Origin: Ruminococcus sp.
Lineage (GTDB): Bacteria > Bacillota > Clostridia > Oscillospirales > Acutalibacteraceae
DNA: 64,000 nucleotides
Assembly (NCBI GenBank): GCA_045133515.1
Contig: JBGUUL010000012.1
Span: forward strand, 6,736-70,735
Reading direction: 5' to 3'
In this document: piece after piece, positions 30,377 through 41,407 of the stretch
Layout: each line of letters starts with the position of its first letter
Numbering within the stretch: position 1 is the stretch's first letter
Made by a program: the position numbers and the translations under genes
The notes under the pieces: generated by a model
The model's database searches: none
What the model saw: only the letters and a program-made list of their open reading frames with translations
Told to the model about the DNA's origin: nothing

Positions 30377-31114
30377 TTAGAAGTAGTCGTAGCCACCTGT
30401 GATTTCAAGTAGAGAACCATTTATAAAGTCGTTTGTCATTGTGTCATACACCAGCTTTGCCACTTCATCAGAGGATGCAAAACGGTGAAGATTGATTTTC
30501 TTGTTTATTCTGTCGTAGCTTTCCTGACTTCTGCCATTTTGCCAAGGAGTTTCCACAAAAGACGGAGCAATAGCGTTGATAGAAACATTCTGTCCGTCAA
30601 ATTCCTTTAACAAGCACTTTGCCAAATGGTGAACACCTGCTTTTGAAACAGAATAAACCAAGGATGAGCTGTAGGAAAGTGAGCCTGCAAGAGAACCCAT
30701 AAGGATAATTTTGCCACCCTTATTAAAATGTGGCTTAAGCTTTTGAATCATAAATGTAGGTACAGACAGATTTGTCCTTAAAATCTTTTCCCAAATTTCA
30801 TAGTCATATTCTTCAAACTTCTTATATGTGCCAATGGCTGTGTTGCACACAAGCCAGTCAATTTTGTCGGAAATACTTAGAACCTGTGCCACAAAGTCCT
30901 CCATACCCTCATAGGTTGACATATCGGCATAAATGAATGTTACCTTTTTCTTGTCTGTATCAGAAAGCTCATTATACATCTGAACCTTCTGCTCCTCCTC
31001 AAAATAGTTGATAATCAACCTGTCGCTGTCGCAGGTTGATTCCTTTAGTAATTTGTTAGCAATGGATTTTCCAATTCCGGAAGTACCACTTGTTACTATC
31101 ATTACTCTTGACAT
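30377..31114 (-). CDS. SDR family oxidoreductase
   Basis: VTSGTSGIG, YSVSK catalytic YxxxK, NAIAPSFVET. Confidence 0.88.
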   Translation of the reverse strand: MSRVMIVTSGTSGIGKSIANKLLKESTCDSDRLIINYFEEEQKVQMYNELSDTDKKKVTFIYADMSTYEGMEDFVAQVLSISDKIDWLVCNTAIGTYKKFEEYDYEIWEKILRTNLSVPTFMIQKLKPHFNKGGKIILMGSLAGSLSYSSSLVYSVSKAGVHHLAKCLLKEFDGQNVSINAIAPSFVETPWQNGRSQESYDRINKKINLHRFASSDEVAKLVYDTMTNDFINGSLLEITGGYDYF

Positions 31115-31356
31115 AAATCCCACCTCGAAACTTTAAATATATTTTATTTCAATTTAAACATAACTTCCCATAATATAACACTATTTTACCACATTGTTTA
31201 AATGCAAGTCAATAATAGTGGGGTTACAAATGTTTAACAATATATTGGAAAGGGTGTAGATTGTTTTGACTTAGTTTTTAATGTTCTGCGTTGTGCCAAA
31301 GCAGTATTAAAAAAACTGTGAGGAATGAGGAATTCATTCTTCACAGTTTTTCTGTT

Positions 31357-32508
31357 CTATATTAGCAGTTCCTCTGGAACAGTGTTTGCCATTTCTCTAT
31401 ACGCACTACTTGATGGGTGTAGGTGGTCGCCACTGTCAAAGCCGTTTTTAAAGGCTGATGGGTTTTCCTCACTTCTAAGGGCAAGGTCAAAGTCCACAAC
31501 TCCGTCAAAAAGGTCTGTTGTTCTTATCCACTCATTCACCTCATTACGAAGCTTTTCTCTAAAGTCGGCATATGTTCTCCACCCCTCAATAGGAAGAAGT
31601 GTGCCACCATATACCTTTAGTCCAAGGCTTTTTGCAATACGGATGTATTCCTTTAGCCCCTCTATCATCTCATCTGCTGTTGGCAAGTCCTCCCAAGGAC
31701 GGAAAATGTTGTTTTCAGCACCAACAGGGTGGATAATATCGTTGATACCGTGCTGAATAATAACAGCTTTTGCACCACTAATTGAGGAAATTTCCCTCTC
31801 GAACCTGTTGCTACCCTTTAGTCCGTAGCTGTCATACTGAATACATTCATACTGTCTTAAAATTCTTGTTCCACATACAGCTCGTCTAACAATGGCTGTG
31901 GTGTTAAAGCCTTTCTCAATGCACCTTTCTGTCAAAAAGTCAGGCCAGTCCTGTGCAGTTATGGAGTCGCCATAGCAAATAAGTGCCTTGTTGCTGTCCT
32001 CTGTTTTAACCTCAATATTGTTAAGGAAGTAGAACCAGTTTGTGCTTTTCATTTTTTCTGCAGGAAGAACAGCAGATTTTGTGTTATTGCCAAGGGCATA
32101 GTAGCCGTAGGAATAAGGTCCTGTCACCAGCACAGCAGATCTTGTTTCTGTAAATTCACCAAGGTAAATGCTGACAGAAACATAGTCAAGTGCCTTTACA
32201 TCAAGGTTAACCTCATCACTTTTTATTTCAGTTTTTGTGGGGATAGTAACACCTGCGTTGCCATTAAAGGTAATGTCAAAAACCTCTCCCTTTAGAACTC
32301 CCTTGCTGTCAGAAAGTGCTACAGTTGCATTTGTTATTGTTATAGGTTCAGTTCCACAATAGTTTGAAAAAGTGAACCTCAAACTGTTGCCCTTAAAACG
32401 AATTTGCACAGGATAACGGAGGGTGATGTCCTTTGTGTAGTTTTCCACCTGTCTTGTGAGAATTGATGTTGCATTTGCCCAGGTTGATACCCATTTTGTA
32501 CTGCTCAT
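31357..32508 (-). CDS. SGNH/GDSL hydrolase
   Basis: GDSIT, GINDI, GDHLHP blocks. Confidence 0.88.
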   Translation of the reverse strand: MSSTKWVSTWANATSILTRQVENYTKDITLRYPVQIRFKGNSLRFTFSNYCGTEPITITNATVALSDSKGVLKGEVFDITFNGNAGVTIPTKTEIKSDEVNLDVKALDYVSVSIYLGEFTETRSAVLVTGPYSYGYYALGNNTKSAVLPAEKMKSTNWFYFLNNIEVKTEDSNKALICYGDSITAQDWPDFLTERCIEKGFNTTAIVRRAVCGTRILRQYECIQYDSYGLKGSNRFEREISSISGAKAVIIQHGINDIIHPVGAENNIFRPWEDLPTADEMIEGLKEYIRIAKSLGLKVYGGTLLPIEGWRTYADFREKLRNEVNEWIRTTDLFDGVVDFDLALRSEENPSAFKNGFDSGDHLHPSSSAYREMANTVPEELLI

Positions 32509-32653
32509 AATAATGCCCCTTTAATACTTAAATCTACATTATATTATAACAAAAGAAAGAATATGTCAAAACTATTTGCGATTTTCTCTTATTTGTTGTA
32601 AAATGTAATTTAGTGCAGAAAAATTATTACAGTAATTAACGGAGTGTGACAGT

Positions 32654-34558
32654 ATGGCAGTTCTTTCAGCATATAATATTGGTATGTCATTTATTGAAAG
32701 GAATTTGTTTAGTGGTATAACCTTTAATGTAGAGGATAGGGATAAAATCGGTCTTATTGGTGCAAATGGTACAGGTAAAACCACGCTGTTTAAAATTCTC
32801 ACAGGTGCATTGTCCCCTGATGATGGCTCTGTTACCGTTGGCAAGGATACTGTTATAGGATATATGGAACAGCACACCTGCAAGGTGCAGGACAGGACAG
32901 TTTATCAGGAACTACTGACTGTTTTTCAGCATCTTATAGATATGGAAAAGGAGCTTGAATCCCTGCCACTGCTTATTGAAAAGGGAGAGGGAGATATTCA
33001 CTCTCTTATAGAAAAGCAGGATAGACTTTTGCAGGAGTTTCAAGATAAGGGTGGTATGACCTACAAAAGCAGAACCAGAAGTTCCCTCATTGGCCTTGGC
33101 TTTTCTGAGGAAGATTTTGATATGGAAGTGGGTAAGCTGTCTGGAGGTCAAAAAAGTAAGCTAAGCCTTGCAAAGCTTTTGCTGTCAGGGGCAAATCTGC
33201 TTTTACTTGACGAACCAACAAACCACCTGGATATAAATGCAGTTAGTTGGTTAGAGAGCTTTCTAAAGGAATTTGAAGGCAGTGTTATTATCATTAGCCA
33301 CGATAGATATTTTCTTGATGCTGTTACCAACAGAACAATGGAGATTTACTGCAACCACCTTATGACCTATAGTGGTAATTACTCACTATATATGAAAAAG
33401 AAAGAAAAGGAACAGGAGAATATCCGTAATAAATACGAAAACGATTTAAAGGAAATTAAGCGAATTGAGGGTATAATTCAGCAACAAATTGGCTGGGCAA
33501 CTGAAAGGAACTTCATTACAGCGGCAAGTAAGCAAAAGGAGCTTGACAGAATTAAGGCTCAGCTTGTAGTACCTGAGGAAGAAAACCACAACTTGAGATT
33601 TCGCTTTGAATTAAAGCAGGAAAGTGGCAACGATGTACTAATTGGCAAAGGTCTTTCAAAGGCCTTTGGCTCAAATCAGCTTTTCTCCAATCTAAACTTC
33701 CACATTAAAAAAGGGGAAAAGGTGTTTATTATGGGTGGCAACGGCACAGGCAAAACCACCCTGTTTAAAATAATTATGGGTAGCCAAATGGCTGACAGTG
33801 GTTTTCTTGACTATGGTACAGGGGTTAAAATCGGTTACTTTGACCAGCTACAGGAAAACCTTGACTTGGAAAAGGATAGCTTTTCTGAAATTCACGATAC
33901 ATTCCCTAATATGACAGAAACAGAGGTAAGAAAGGCACTTGGCAGATTCCGTTTTAGAGGTGACGAAGTGTTTAAGAAAATGTCACTTATGTCTGGTGGA
34001 GAAAGAGCCAGAGTAAACCTTTTGAAACTAATGCTAAGAGGGGATAACTTCCTGTTACTTGACGAACCAACAAACCACCTTGATACTTTTTCAAGAGAAA
34101 GTCTGGAGAAAACTCTTAGAGAATATGAGGGTACACTTCTCATAATCAGCCACGATAGATATTTTGTAAACAAACTTGCCGACAGAATACTTTATCTTAC
34201 TGATGATGGCTTTACAGAGTACCTTGGTAACTATGACTATTTTCTTGAGCATACTAAAGAGAATCCACAGGACGCACCTCTATTAAAGGTGAAAAAGGAT
34301 AATTCACAAGGTGCTATGGATTATAAGCAGAAAAAGGAAGAAAAGGCTCGTTTGCGTAAAAAGGAGAATGATATTAAAAAGGCACAGGCTCTTATTGAAA
34401 GGCTTGATACAGAAATTGCAGAGCTACAGAAAATGCTTACTGATGAGAATGTAACCTCCGACTATGAAAAGCTGATGGAATACACCGGAAGATTAGAGGA
34501 GCTACAGTCACAGCAAGAGGAGGCATTTTTACTATGGCAGGAGCTTGAAGAACAGTAA
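32654..34558 (+). CDS. ABC-F family ATPase
   Basis: Two NBDs (GANGTGKTT/LSGGQ/DEPTNHLD; GGNGTGKTT/MSGGE/DEPTNHLD), no TM, C-terminal coiled coil. Confidence 0.92.
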   Translation: MAVLSAYNIGMSFIERNLFSGITFNVEDRDKIGLIGANGTGKTTLFKILTGALSPDDGSVTVGKDTVIGYMEQHTCKVQDRTVYQELLTVFQHLIDMEKELESLPLLIEKGEGDIHSLIEKQDRLLQEFQDKGGMTYKSRTRSSLIGLGFSEEDFDMEVGKLSGGQKSKLSLAKLLLSGANLLLLDEPTNHLDINAVSWLESFLKEFEGSVIIISHDRYFLDAVTNRTMEIYCNHLMTYSGNYSLYMKKKEKEQENIRNKYENDLKEIKRIEGIIQQQIGWATERNFITAASKQKELDRIKAQLVVPEEENHNLRFRFELKQESGNDVLIGKGLSKAFGSNQLFSNLNFHIKKGEKVFIMGGNGTGKTTLFKIIMGSQMADSGFLDYGTGVKIGYFDQLQENLDLEKDSFSEIHDTFPNMTETEVRKALGRFRFRGDEVFKKMSLMSGGERARVNLLKLMLRGDNFLLLDEPTNHLDTFSRESLEKTLREYEGTLLIISHDRYFVNKLADRILYLTDDGFTEYLGNYDYFLEHTKENPQDAPLLKVKKDNSQGAMDYKQKKEEKARLRKKENDIKKAQALIERLDTEIAELQKMLTDENVTSDYEKLMEYTGRLEELQSQQEEAFLLWQELEEQ

Positions 34559-34692
34559 ATTATATTCAATTTGCCTCCCTTTACGGGAGGCTCTTTTGCA
34601 ATAAAAAGCATAGGTGGGAAAATACCCAAAAATTGCAACAGAAAGTGCCAAAATATTTTGTAATATTTTTTAAGATTTTTGTAATATATCTA

Positions 34693-34769
34693 TTGACACT
34701 ATTTTTATTATGTGTTAAACTTTTAACAAAGCACAAGGGAAGCGAAGTTGTGTGTTAAAAATTTAACAA
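34693..34769 (+). promoter_or_regulatory. adhE promoter with two Rex-type operators
   Basis: TTGACA (34693)-17 bp-TAAACT; GTGTTAA-N4-TTAACAA at 34712..34729 and 34752..34769. Confidence 0.8.
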
Positions 34770-34830
34770 AGTTTTAACACAGTAAAGTATTATGTTTTTC
34801 AGAGTGCGTAAATTATTAAGGAGAGAAATT

Positions 34831-37434
34831 ATGGCAAATTATAGTATCGTAGATTCTGTAGAAACACTTGAAGCTAAACTTGCTGAAATCAGAGAAGCTC
34901 AGGCAAAATTTGCAACCTACACACAGGAACAGGTTGACGAAATCTTTAAGGCAGCAGCTTCTGCAGCAAACAAGATGAGAATTCCACTTGCTAAGATGGC
35001 AGTAGAAGAAACAGGTATGGGTATTGTTGAAGATAAGGTTATCAAGAACAACTATGCTGCTGAACATATTTATAACGCATACAAGAACGAAAAGACTTGT
35101 GGTGTTATTGAAGAAAACAAGGCTTTTGGTCTTACAAAGATTGCTGAACCAATCGGTGTTGTTGGTGCAGTTATTCCTACAACTAACCCAACATCAACAG
35201 CTATCTTTAAGACACTTATTTGCTTAAAGACAAGAAACGGTATCATCATTTCTCCACATCCTCGTGCTAAGGCATGTACAATCGAGGCTGCTAAGATCGT
35301 TCTTGAGGCTGCTGTTAAGGCTGGTGCTCCAGAAGGTATTATCGGTTGGGTTGATGTTCCATCTCTCGAACTTACAAATATGGTTATGCAGGACACAGAC
35401 CTTATCCTTGCAACAGGTGGTCCTGGTATGGTTAAGGCTGCTTACTCAAGTGGTACACCTGCTCTTGGTGTTGGTGCTGGTAACGCAGCAGCTATCATTG
35501 ATTCATCAGCTGATGTTATCAATGCTGTTAACTCAATCATTCATTCTAAGACATTCGATAACGGTATGATTTGTGCTACAGAGCAGACTGTTATTGCTGA
35601 TAAGAAGGTATATGACGCTGTTAAGGCTGAATTTATTAAGAGAGGTTGCTACTTCCTTAACGAAGAAGAAAAGGATAAGATTAGAAACACAATGCTTATC
35701 AATGGCGCTCTCAACGCAAAGATTGTTGGTCAGAGACCTGTAACAATTGCACAGATGGCTGGTTTTGAAGTTCCTGAAAGCACAAAGGTTCTTATCGGTG
35801 AAGCTACAAGCACAGCTACTGAAGAAGCTCTCGGTCACGAAAAGCTTACAACAATTCTTGGTATGTACAAGTCAGAGGACTTCGACAATGCTCTTGATAT
35901 GGCAGAAGAACTCCTTACAAACAACGGTGGTATGGGTCATACTTCTGTTCTTTGGGTTAACGATACAACAGAGAGAGAAAAGATCAATAAGTTTGCTGCA
36001 AGAATGAAGGCTTGCCGTCTTATTGTTAACACACCTTCTTCATTAGGTGGTATCGGTGACCTCTACAACTTTATGCTCAAGCCATCTCTAACACTTGGTT
36101 GTGGCTCTTGGGGTAACAACTCAGTTTCAGAAAATGTTGGCGTTAAGCACTTAATCAATATTAAGACAGTTGCAGAGAGAAGGGAAAATATGCTTTGGTT
36201 CAGAGCACCTGAAAAGGTTTATATTAAGAAGGGCTGCCTACCTGTAGCACTTCAGGAACTTAAGGATGTTATGGGTAAGAAGAGAGTATTCATCGTAACT
36301 GACCAGTTCCTTTACAAGAATGGTTATACAAAGTGTGTAACAGATAAGTTAGACGAAATGGGTATTCAGCATGCTACATTCTTCAATGTTGCTCCAGACC
36401 CAACACTTGCTTGTGCTAAGGAAGGCGCAGAACAGCTCAAGGCATTTGAACCAGACTGCATCATCGCAATCGGTGGTGGTTCAGCAATGGACGCTGCTAA
36501 GATTATGTGGGTTCTTTATGAGCATCCAGAAGCAGACTTTATGGATATGGCAATGAGATTCATTGACATCCGTAAGAGAGTTTACACATTCCCTAAGATG
36601 GGCGAAAAGGCATACTTCATCTGCGTTCCAACATCTGCTGGTACAGGTTCAGAAGTTACACCATTTGCTGTTATTACAGACGAAAAGACAGGTACAAAGT
36701 ACCCACTTGCTGACTATCAGCTACTTCCAAATATGGCTATTGTTGATACAGATATGCATATGACAGCTCCAAAGGGCTTAACAGCTGCATCAGGTATTGA
36801 TGCTCTTACACACGCTCTTGAAGCATTCGCATCTGTAATGGCTACTGACTACACAGACGGTCTTGCAATTAAGGCTGGTCAGACAATCTTTGAATATCTC
36901 CCACAGGCTTACGATAACGGTCCTAACGATCCAAAGGCAAGAGAGAAGATGGCTAACGCAGCTACAATGGCTGGTATGGCATTTGCTAACGCATTCCTCG
37001 GTGTTTGTCACTCAATGGCTCATAAGCTTGGTGCTTACCACCACCTACCACATGGTGTTGCAAACGCACTTCTCATCAACCTTGTTATCAAGTTCAACTC
37101 TGCTGAAGCTCCAGCAAAGATGGGTACATTCTCACAGTACACACATCCTTGCACACTTGCTAAGTATGCAGAATTTGCAACAGCAATGGGCGCAAAGGGT
37201 AAGACTGATGAGCAGAAGGTTGAAAACCTCATCAAGATGATTGACGAGCTTAAGGAAAGAGTTGGCATTAAGAAGACAATCAAGGATTACGGTGTTGACG
37301 AAGCAGCCTTCCTTGAAACACTTGATGAAATGTCAGAAAACGCATTTGACGACCAGTGCACAGGTGCTAACCCAAGATTCCCACTTATCTCCGAAATCAA
37401 GGAAATGTACCTCAAGGCTTACTACGGCGAATAA
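34831..37434 (+). CDS. adhE: Bifunctional acetaldehyde-CoA/alcohol dehydrogenase
   Basis: PTTNPTST, SKTFDNGMICATEQ, GCGSWG, GGGSAMDAAK, HSMAHK, PHG; RBS AAGGAG before the ATG at 34831. Confidence 0.96.
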   Translation: MANYSIVDSVETLEAKLAEIREAQAKFATYTQEQVDEIFKAAASAANKMRIPLAKMAVEETGMGIVEDKVIKNNYAAEHIYNAYKNEKTCGVIEENKAFGLTKIAEPIGVVGAVIPTTNPTSTAIFKTLICLKTRNGIIISPHPRAKACTIEAAKIVLEAAVKAGAPEGIIGWVDVPSLELTNMVMQDTDLILATGGPGMVKAAYSSGTPALGVGAGNAAAIIDSSADVINAVNSIIHSKTFDNGMICATEQTVIADKKVYDAVKAEFIKRGCYFLNEEEKDKIRNTMLINGALNAKIVGQRPVTIAQMAGFEVPESTKVLIGEATSTATEEALGHEKLTTILGMYKSEDFDNALDMAEELLTNNGGMGHTSVLWVNDTTEREKINKFAARMKACRLIVNTPSSLGGIGDLYNFMLKPSLTLGCGSWGNNSVSENVGVKHLINIKTVAERRENMLWFRAPEKVYIKKGCLPVALQELKDVMGKKRVFIVTDQFLYKNGYTKCVTDKLDEMGIQHATFFNVAPDPTLACAKEGAEQLKAFEPDCIIAIGGGSAMDAAKIMWVLYEHPEADFMDMAMRFIDIRKRVYTFPKMGEKAYFICVPTSAGTGSEVTPFAVITDEKTGTKYPLADYQLLPNMAIVDTDMHMTAPKGLTAASGIDALTHALEAFASVMATDYTDGLAIKAGQTIFEYLPQAYDNGPNDPKAREKMANAATMAGMAFANAFLGVCHSMAHKLGAYHHLPHGVANALLINLVIKFNSAEAPAKMGTFSQYTHPCTLAKYAEFATAMGAKGKTDEQKVENLIKMIDELKERVGIKKTIKDYGVDEAAFLETLDEMSENAFDDQCTGANPRFPLISEIKEMYLKAYYGE

Positions 37435-37451
37435 TTTAATACAAATAATTT

Positions 37452-37479
37452 TGGGCAGTCCTCGGACTGCCCATTTTTT
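37452..37479 (+). terminator. adhE intrinsic terminator
   Basis: TGGGCAGTCC-TC-GGACTGCCCA-TTTTTT. Confidence 0.85.
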
Positions 37480-37748
37480 GTATCAGTTTATTATGTAAAA
37501 ATATAAAATTTATATCTCCAAGAAAATTGTGTTATTTATCGTTGCAGAGTTTATTTACTATGCAGGAAATACTTTCAATAATATCTGGAGGCAGTTTTTA
37601 ACACTTTTATGTTGGCGTCTTAGATAAAATTATTGCGTATAAGTTGATAATTTTTTTGAAAAAATGGAATGTGTATGATATAATTACTTCAGTATCATAA
37701 ATGATATGATATAATATTATTATATTATTTATATTAGGAGGTAATTTT

Positions 37749-40072
37749 ATGAAGGGTACAAAAAGAATTGTAAGTATTGTACTGTCTGTAGTAATGCTTT
37801 TCAGTATGGCAGTTGTCATACCTACAACAGCAAGTGGGGCAAATAAAGATATTTTATCATCAGGCTATTCTGTTCCTACAGAGGCTCAATTTATAGCTAA
37901 GTTAAATTCCCTTAGACAAAAATATCCAAATGGAGGAGTTTACTCAGGAACTTATTATGAGAATGGAGTAGCTAAGGCTTGGACTTGTTATGGTTATGCT
38001 TGTCAAATGATGTATGAAGTGTTTGGGGCTAAATTTTATTATGATGGTTTTTATAGTAGAAAAGATTATACCATGGGAACAATTTACGCAGGAGATTTTG
38101 TCAGACTAAATGCTGGTTATGGGCCAGATACTCATAGTGTATTTGTTACTAAAGTGACATCAGATAGAATTTATTTTACTGATGCTAATTTTAATAACAA
38201 AATGGTATAAGATGGGATGCATCCTACACTAAATCTGATTTTGCCAATAGATTTACTTACAAGGTTCATATACCAGGTAATACCTTGACAGGTACAGGTC
38301 ACACCCCAACAGATACACAAGCACCAACTATTTCTAATGTAAGGATAACTGAAAAAACTAAAAATGGGTATAGAGTTACATGTAATATTTCGGACAATAT
38401 TAAGGTAACTCGTGTAGAGTTTCACACCTGGAATCTTGCAGTAGGTGCGCCTGACATTAAGATGCAAGTTGGAACAATATCAGGTAATACTGCTACTTGT
38501 TATGTACCAATGAGCGACCATAACAATAAAATGGGTACCTATCTAACGCATATTTATGCATACGATAATTCAGGCAATAGAGGTTTTAAATCTACTGAAA
38601 AAGTGGATTTAGAAAATGTAAATCCAGAAGTTGGTAAAATTCTAGTTTCTTCCGTTTCTTCAAAAGGATATAGAGTATCTTGTGAAGTTAGTGATAATGT
38701 AGGTGTTACAGAAGTGAAATTCCCTTCATGGCAAGAAGATAATAAAGATGTTAAGTGGCATGTAGGTGCATTAAACAACGATAAAAATGTAGCCACATGT
38801 TACATACCACTAAGTGAACATAATAACGCTAAAGGAAGTTATATGACTCACATATATCCATATGACAGTTGTCAAAATAATATATCAAGATCTATCAAAG
38901 CTGTAACAATAACAGATGAACCAATAGAAATGGGTTCAGTTGAATACAACGGCAACACATACAAGGTGTATAATTCAGGTAAATCTTGGAAAGAGGCTAA
39001 AGAATGGTGCGAAAAGCAGGGTGGACACCTTGCGACAATCACTTCTGCTGGGGAATGGAACACTATAAAAAATTTATTATCAACAAAATTCAACACATAT
39101 TGTTGGTTAGGTGCCGAAAACACAAGTGGTACCTGGAAATGGGTTACCGGTGAGAGTTTTTCTTTCTCTGATTGGGATGTAAACCAGCCTGATGGTGGAG
39201 ATGAACATTATTTAGGTACACATAATACAAATAGCATTTTAAAGAGTGATAAGTGGAATGACTTTGCTGTAAATAGTGATAGAATCGGTGGCTTTGTATG
39301 TGAATTTGAAAAACCAGAACCAACAACACCTCCAACAAGTGCTACTATTTGGCCAGATGATATTGACTTTGATGTAGATAATGAGGTTATGACAATTGGA
39401 ACAAAGCAAAAAGTACATTATGTAATTACACCTGCAAATGCTACTAATAAAAATATTGAATGGAAATCTTCTGATACATCAATTGCAACTGTATCAAATG
39501 ATGGAGTTATTACTGCTAAATCTGTTGGAAGTGTAGAAATATGGGCAACTTATGCATTAGATGAACTTAGTTGGATTTCACACTGTATAGATATTACAGT
39601 AGTAAAACCCCAAAAAACAACTGTTAGCCTTGCGAGGTATTCTGCAAATGTATATGTAAAGGGAAGTACTGTTATCAAACCTACAGTTAAGAATGGCAAG
39701 GGCAAAACCACATACAAATCAAGCAACACAAAAGTTGCAAAGGTTTATTCCAATGGCAAGGTTGTTGCCCTAAAGGCAGGAACTGCAAAAATTACTGTTA
39801 CCAACAACAAGGTTTCAAAGGTGTTTACTGTTAAGGTGCTGAATCCAAGGCTAAGCAGAACATCTGTTTCTATCAGCAGAGGAAAGAGCTATAACCTAAA
39901 AATCGTAGGAAGAATTGGCACAGCAAAATTCTACACATCAAATAAAAAAGTTGCAACAGTAAATTCTGCTGGTAAAATCACAGTTAATAAAAAAGCAAAG
40001 AAAAATCAGTCTTGCTATATTACTGTTAAAACCAACGGAGTAACACTAAGGTGTAAAGTAAAAGTTAAATAA
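37749..40072 (+). pseudogene. Frameshifted secreted protein: CHAP/papain-like domain, two GBS Bsp-like repeats, C-type lectin, Big_2 domains
   Basis: ORFs 37749..38210 and 38285..40072 join if one A is added to the A4 run at 38199..38202 (…DANFNNK-NGIRWDASY…); WKEAKEWCEKQGGHLATI...WND C-lectin motifs. Confidence 0.75.
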
Positions 40073-40217
40073 TTTATATCGCCCCTTGGAAGTAAATTCC
40101 AAGGGGCGAATTTTTGAGAAAAATTAAAAAAGGTAGTGACATTTCTATTTAAATGGTGTACAATATATACAATAAGTTTTTATAACTAAAAATAAAATTA
40201 TGAGGAGTGTTTTAAAA

Positions 40218-41366
40218 ATGGCAAATAGATTTGTGCTGAACGAAACCAGCTACCACGGAAAAGGAGCAATTAAGGAAATTGCAACAGAGGTTAAAGCAAG
40301 AGGCTTTAAGAAGTGCTTTGTCTGCTCCGACCCTGACCTTATTAAGTTCAATGTAACTTCAAAGGTAACTGATATTCTTGAAAGCAACGCAATTGACTAC
40401 GAAATTTATTCAAAAATCAAGGCTAACCCAACTGTTGAAAATGTTAAGACAGGTGTTGAGGCATTTAAGGCAAGTGGTGCTGATTGCATTATCGCCATTG
40501 GTGGTGGTTCTTCAATGGACACAGCAAAGGCTATTGGCATTATTATTGAAAACCCTGAGTTTGCTGATGTTGTTTCCCTTGAGGGTGTTGCACCAACAAA
40601 AAATAAGTGTGTACCAATTATTGCTGTTCCAACCACAGCAGGTACTGCTGCCGAGGTAACAATCAACTATGTTATTACCGATACTGAAAAGAACAGAAAA
40701 ATGGTTTGTGTTGATGTTCACGATATTCCTGTTGTGGCAGTAGTTGACCCAGATATGATGAGCTCAATGCCAAAGGGTCTGACAGCAGCCACAGGTATGG
40801 ATGCCCTTACCCATGCAATCGAGGGTTACATTACAGCCGGTGCTTGGGAAATGAGTGATATGTTCCACCTAAAGGCTATTGAGATTATTTCAAAGCATCT
40901 TCGTGGTGCTGTTGAAAATACAGATGAAGGCCGAGAGGGAATGGCTCTTGGTCAGTACATAGCAGGTATGGGATTCTCAAATGTAGGTCTTGGCATTGTT
41001 CACTCAATGGCTCACCCTCTTGGTGCTGTTTATGACACACCACACGGTGTTGCAAATGCAATTATTCTTCCAACAGTTATGGAGTATAACGCTCCTGCAA
41101 CAGGGGAGAAGTACAGAGCTATTGCAAAGGCAATGGGTGTTCAGGGCGTTGACGAAATGTCCCTTGAGGATGCGAGAAAATCAGCTGTTGACGCAGTTAA
41201 AAAGCTGTCTGCCGATGTTGGAATTCCTGCTGACCTTAAGGAAATTGTAAAGCCAGAAGATGTGGACTTCCTTGCACAAAGTGCTTATGATGACGCTTGT
41301 CGTCCAGGTAATCCAAGAGAAACCTCTGTTGAGGAAATCAAGGAACTTTACCTTTCACTTATGTAA
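40218..41366 (+). CDS. fucO: Lactaldehyde reductase / iron-containing alcohol dehydrogenase
   Basis: MANRFVLNETSYHG start; GGGSSMDTAK; TAAEVTINYVITD; HSMAHPLGA. Confidence 0.88.
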   Translation: MANRFVLNETSYHGKGAIKEIATEVKARGFKKCFVCSDPDLIKFNVTSKVTDILESNAIDYEIYSKIKANPTVENVKTGVEAFKASGADCIIAIGGGSSMDTAKAIGIIIENPEFADVVSLEGVAPTKNKCVPIIAVPTTAGTAAEVTINYVITDTEKNRKMVCVDVHDIPVVAVVDPDMMSSMPKGLTAATGMDALTHAIEGYITAGAWEMSDMFHLKAIEIISKHLRGAVENTDEGREGMALGQYIAGMGFSNVGLGIVHSMAHPLGAVYDTPHGVANAIILPTVMEYNAPATGEKYRAIAKAMGVQGVDEMSLEDARKSAVDAVKKLSADVGIPADLKEIVKPEDVDFLAQSAYDDACRPGNPRETSVEEIKELYLSLM

Positions 41367-41407
41367 TATAAAAAATTATCTCCTATGGTTTTGCCATAGG
41401 AGATTTT

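Noticed and set aside
32654-34558. ABC-F as an antibiotic-resistance factor
   Set aside because: It looks like a housekeeping ABC-F with a C-terminal coiled coil; no leader peptide or mobile context seen, and the subfamily cannot be assigned by eye.
34816-37498. Many short overlapping or antisense ORFs in adhE, and likewise in the SBP, pgk and tpiA genes
   Set aside because: Shadow frames expected from strong codon bias; no RBS support or protein motifs noted.
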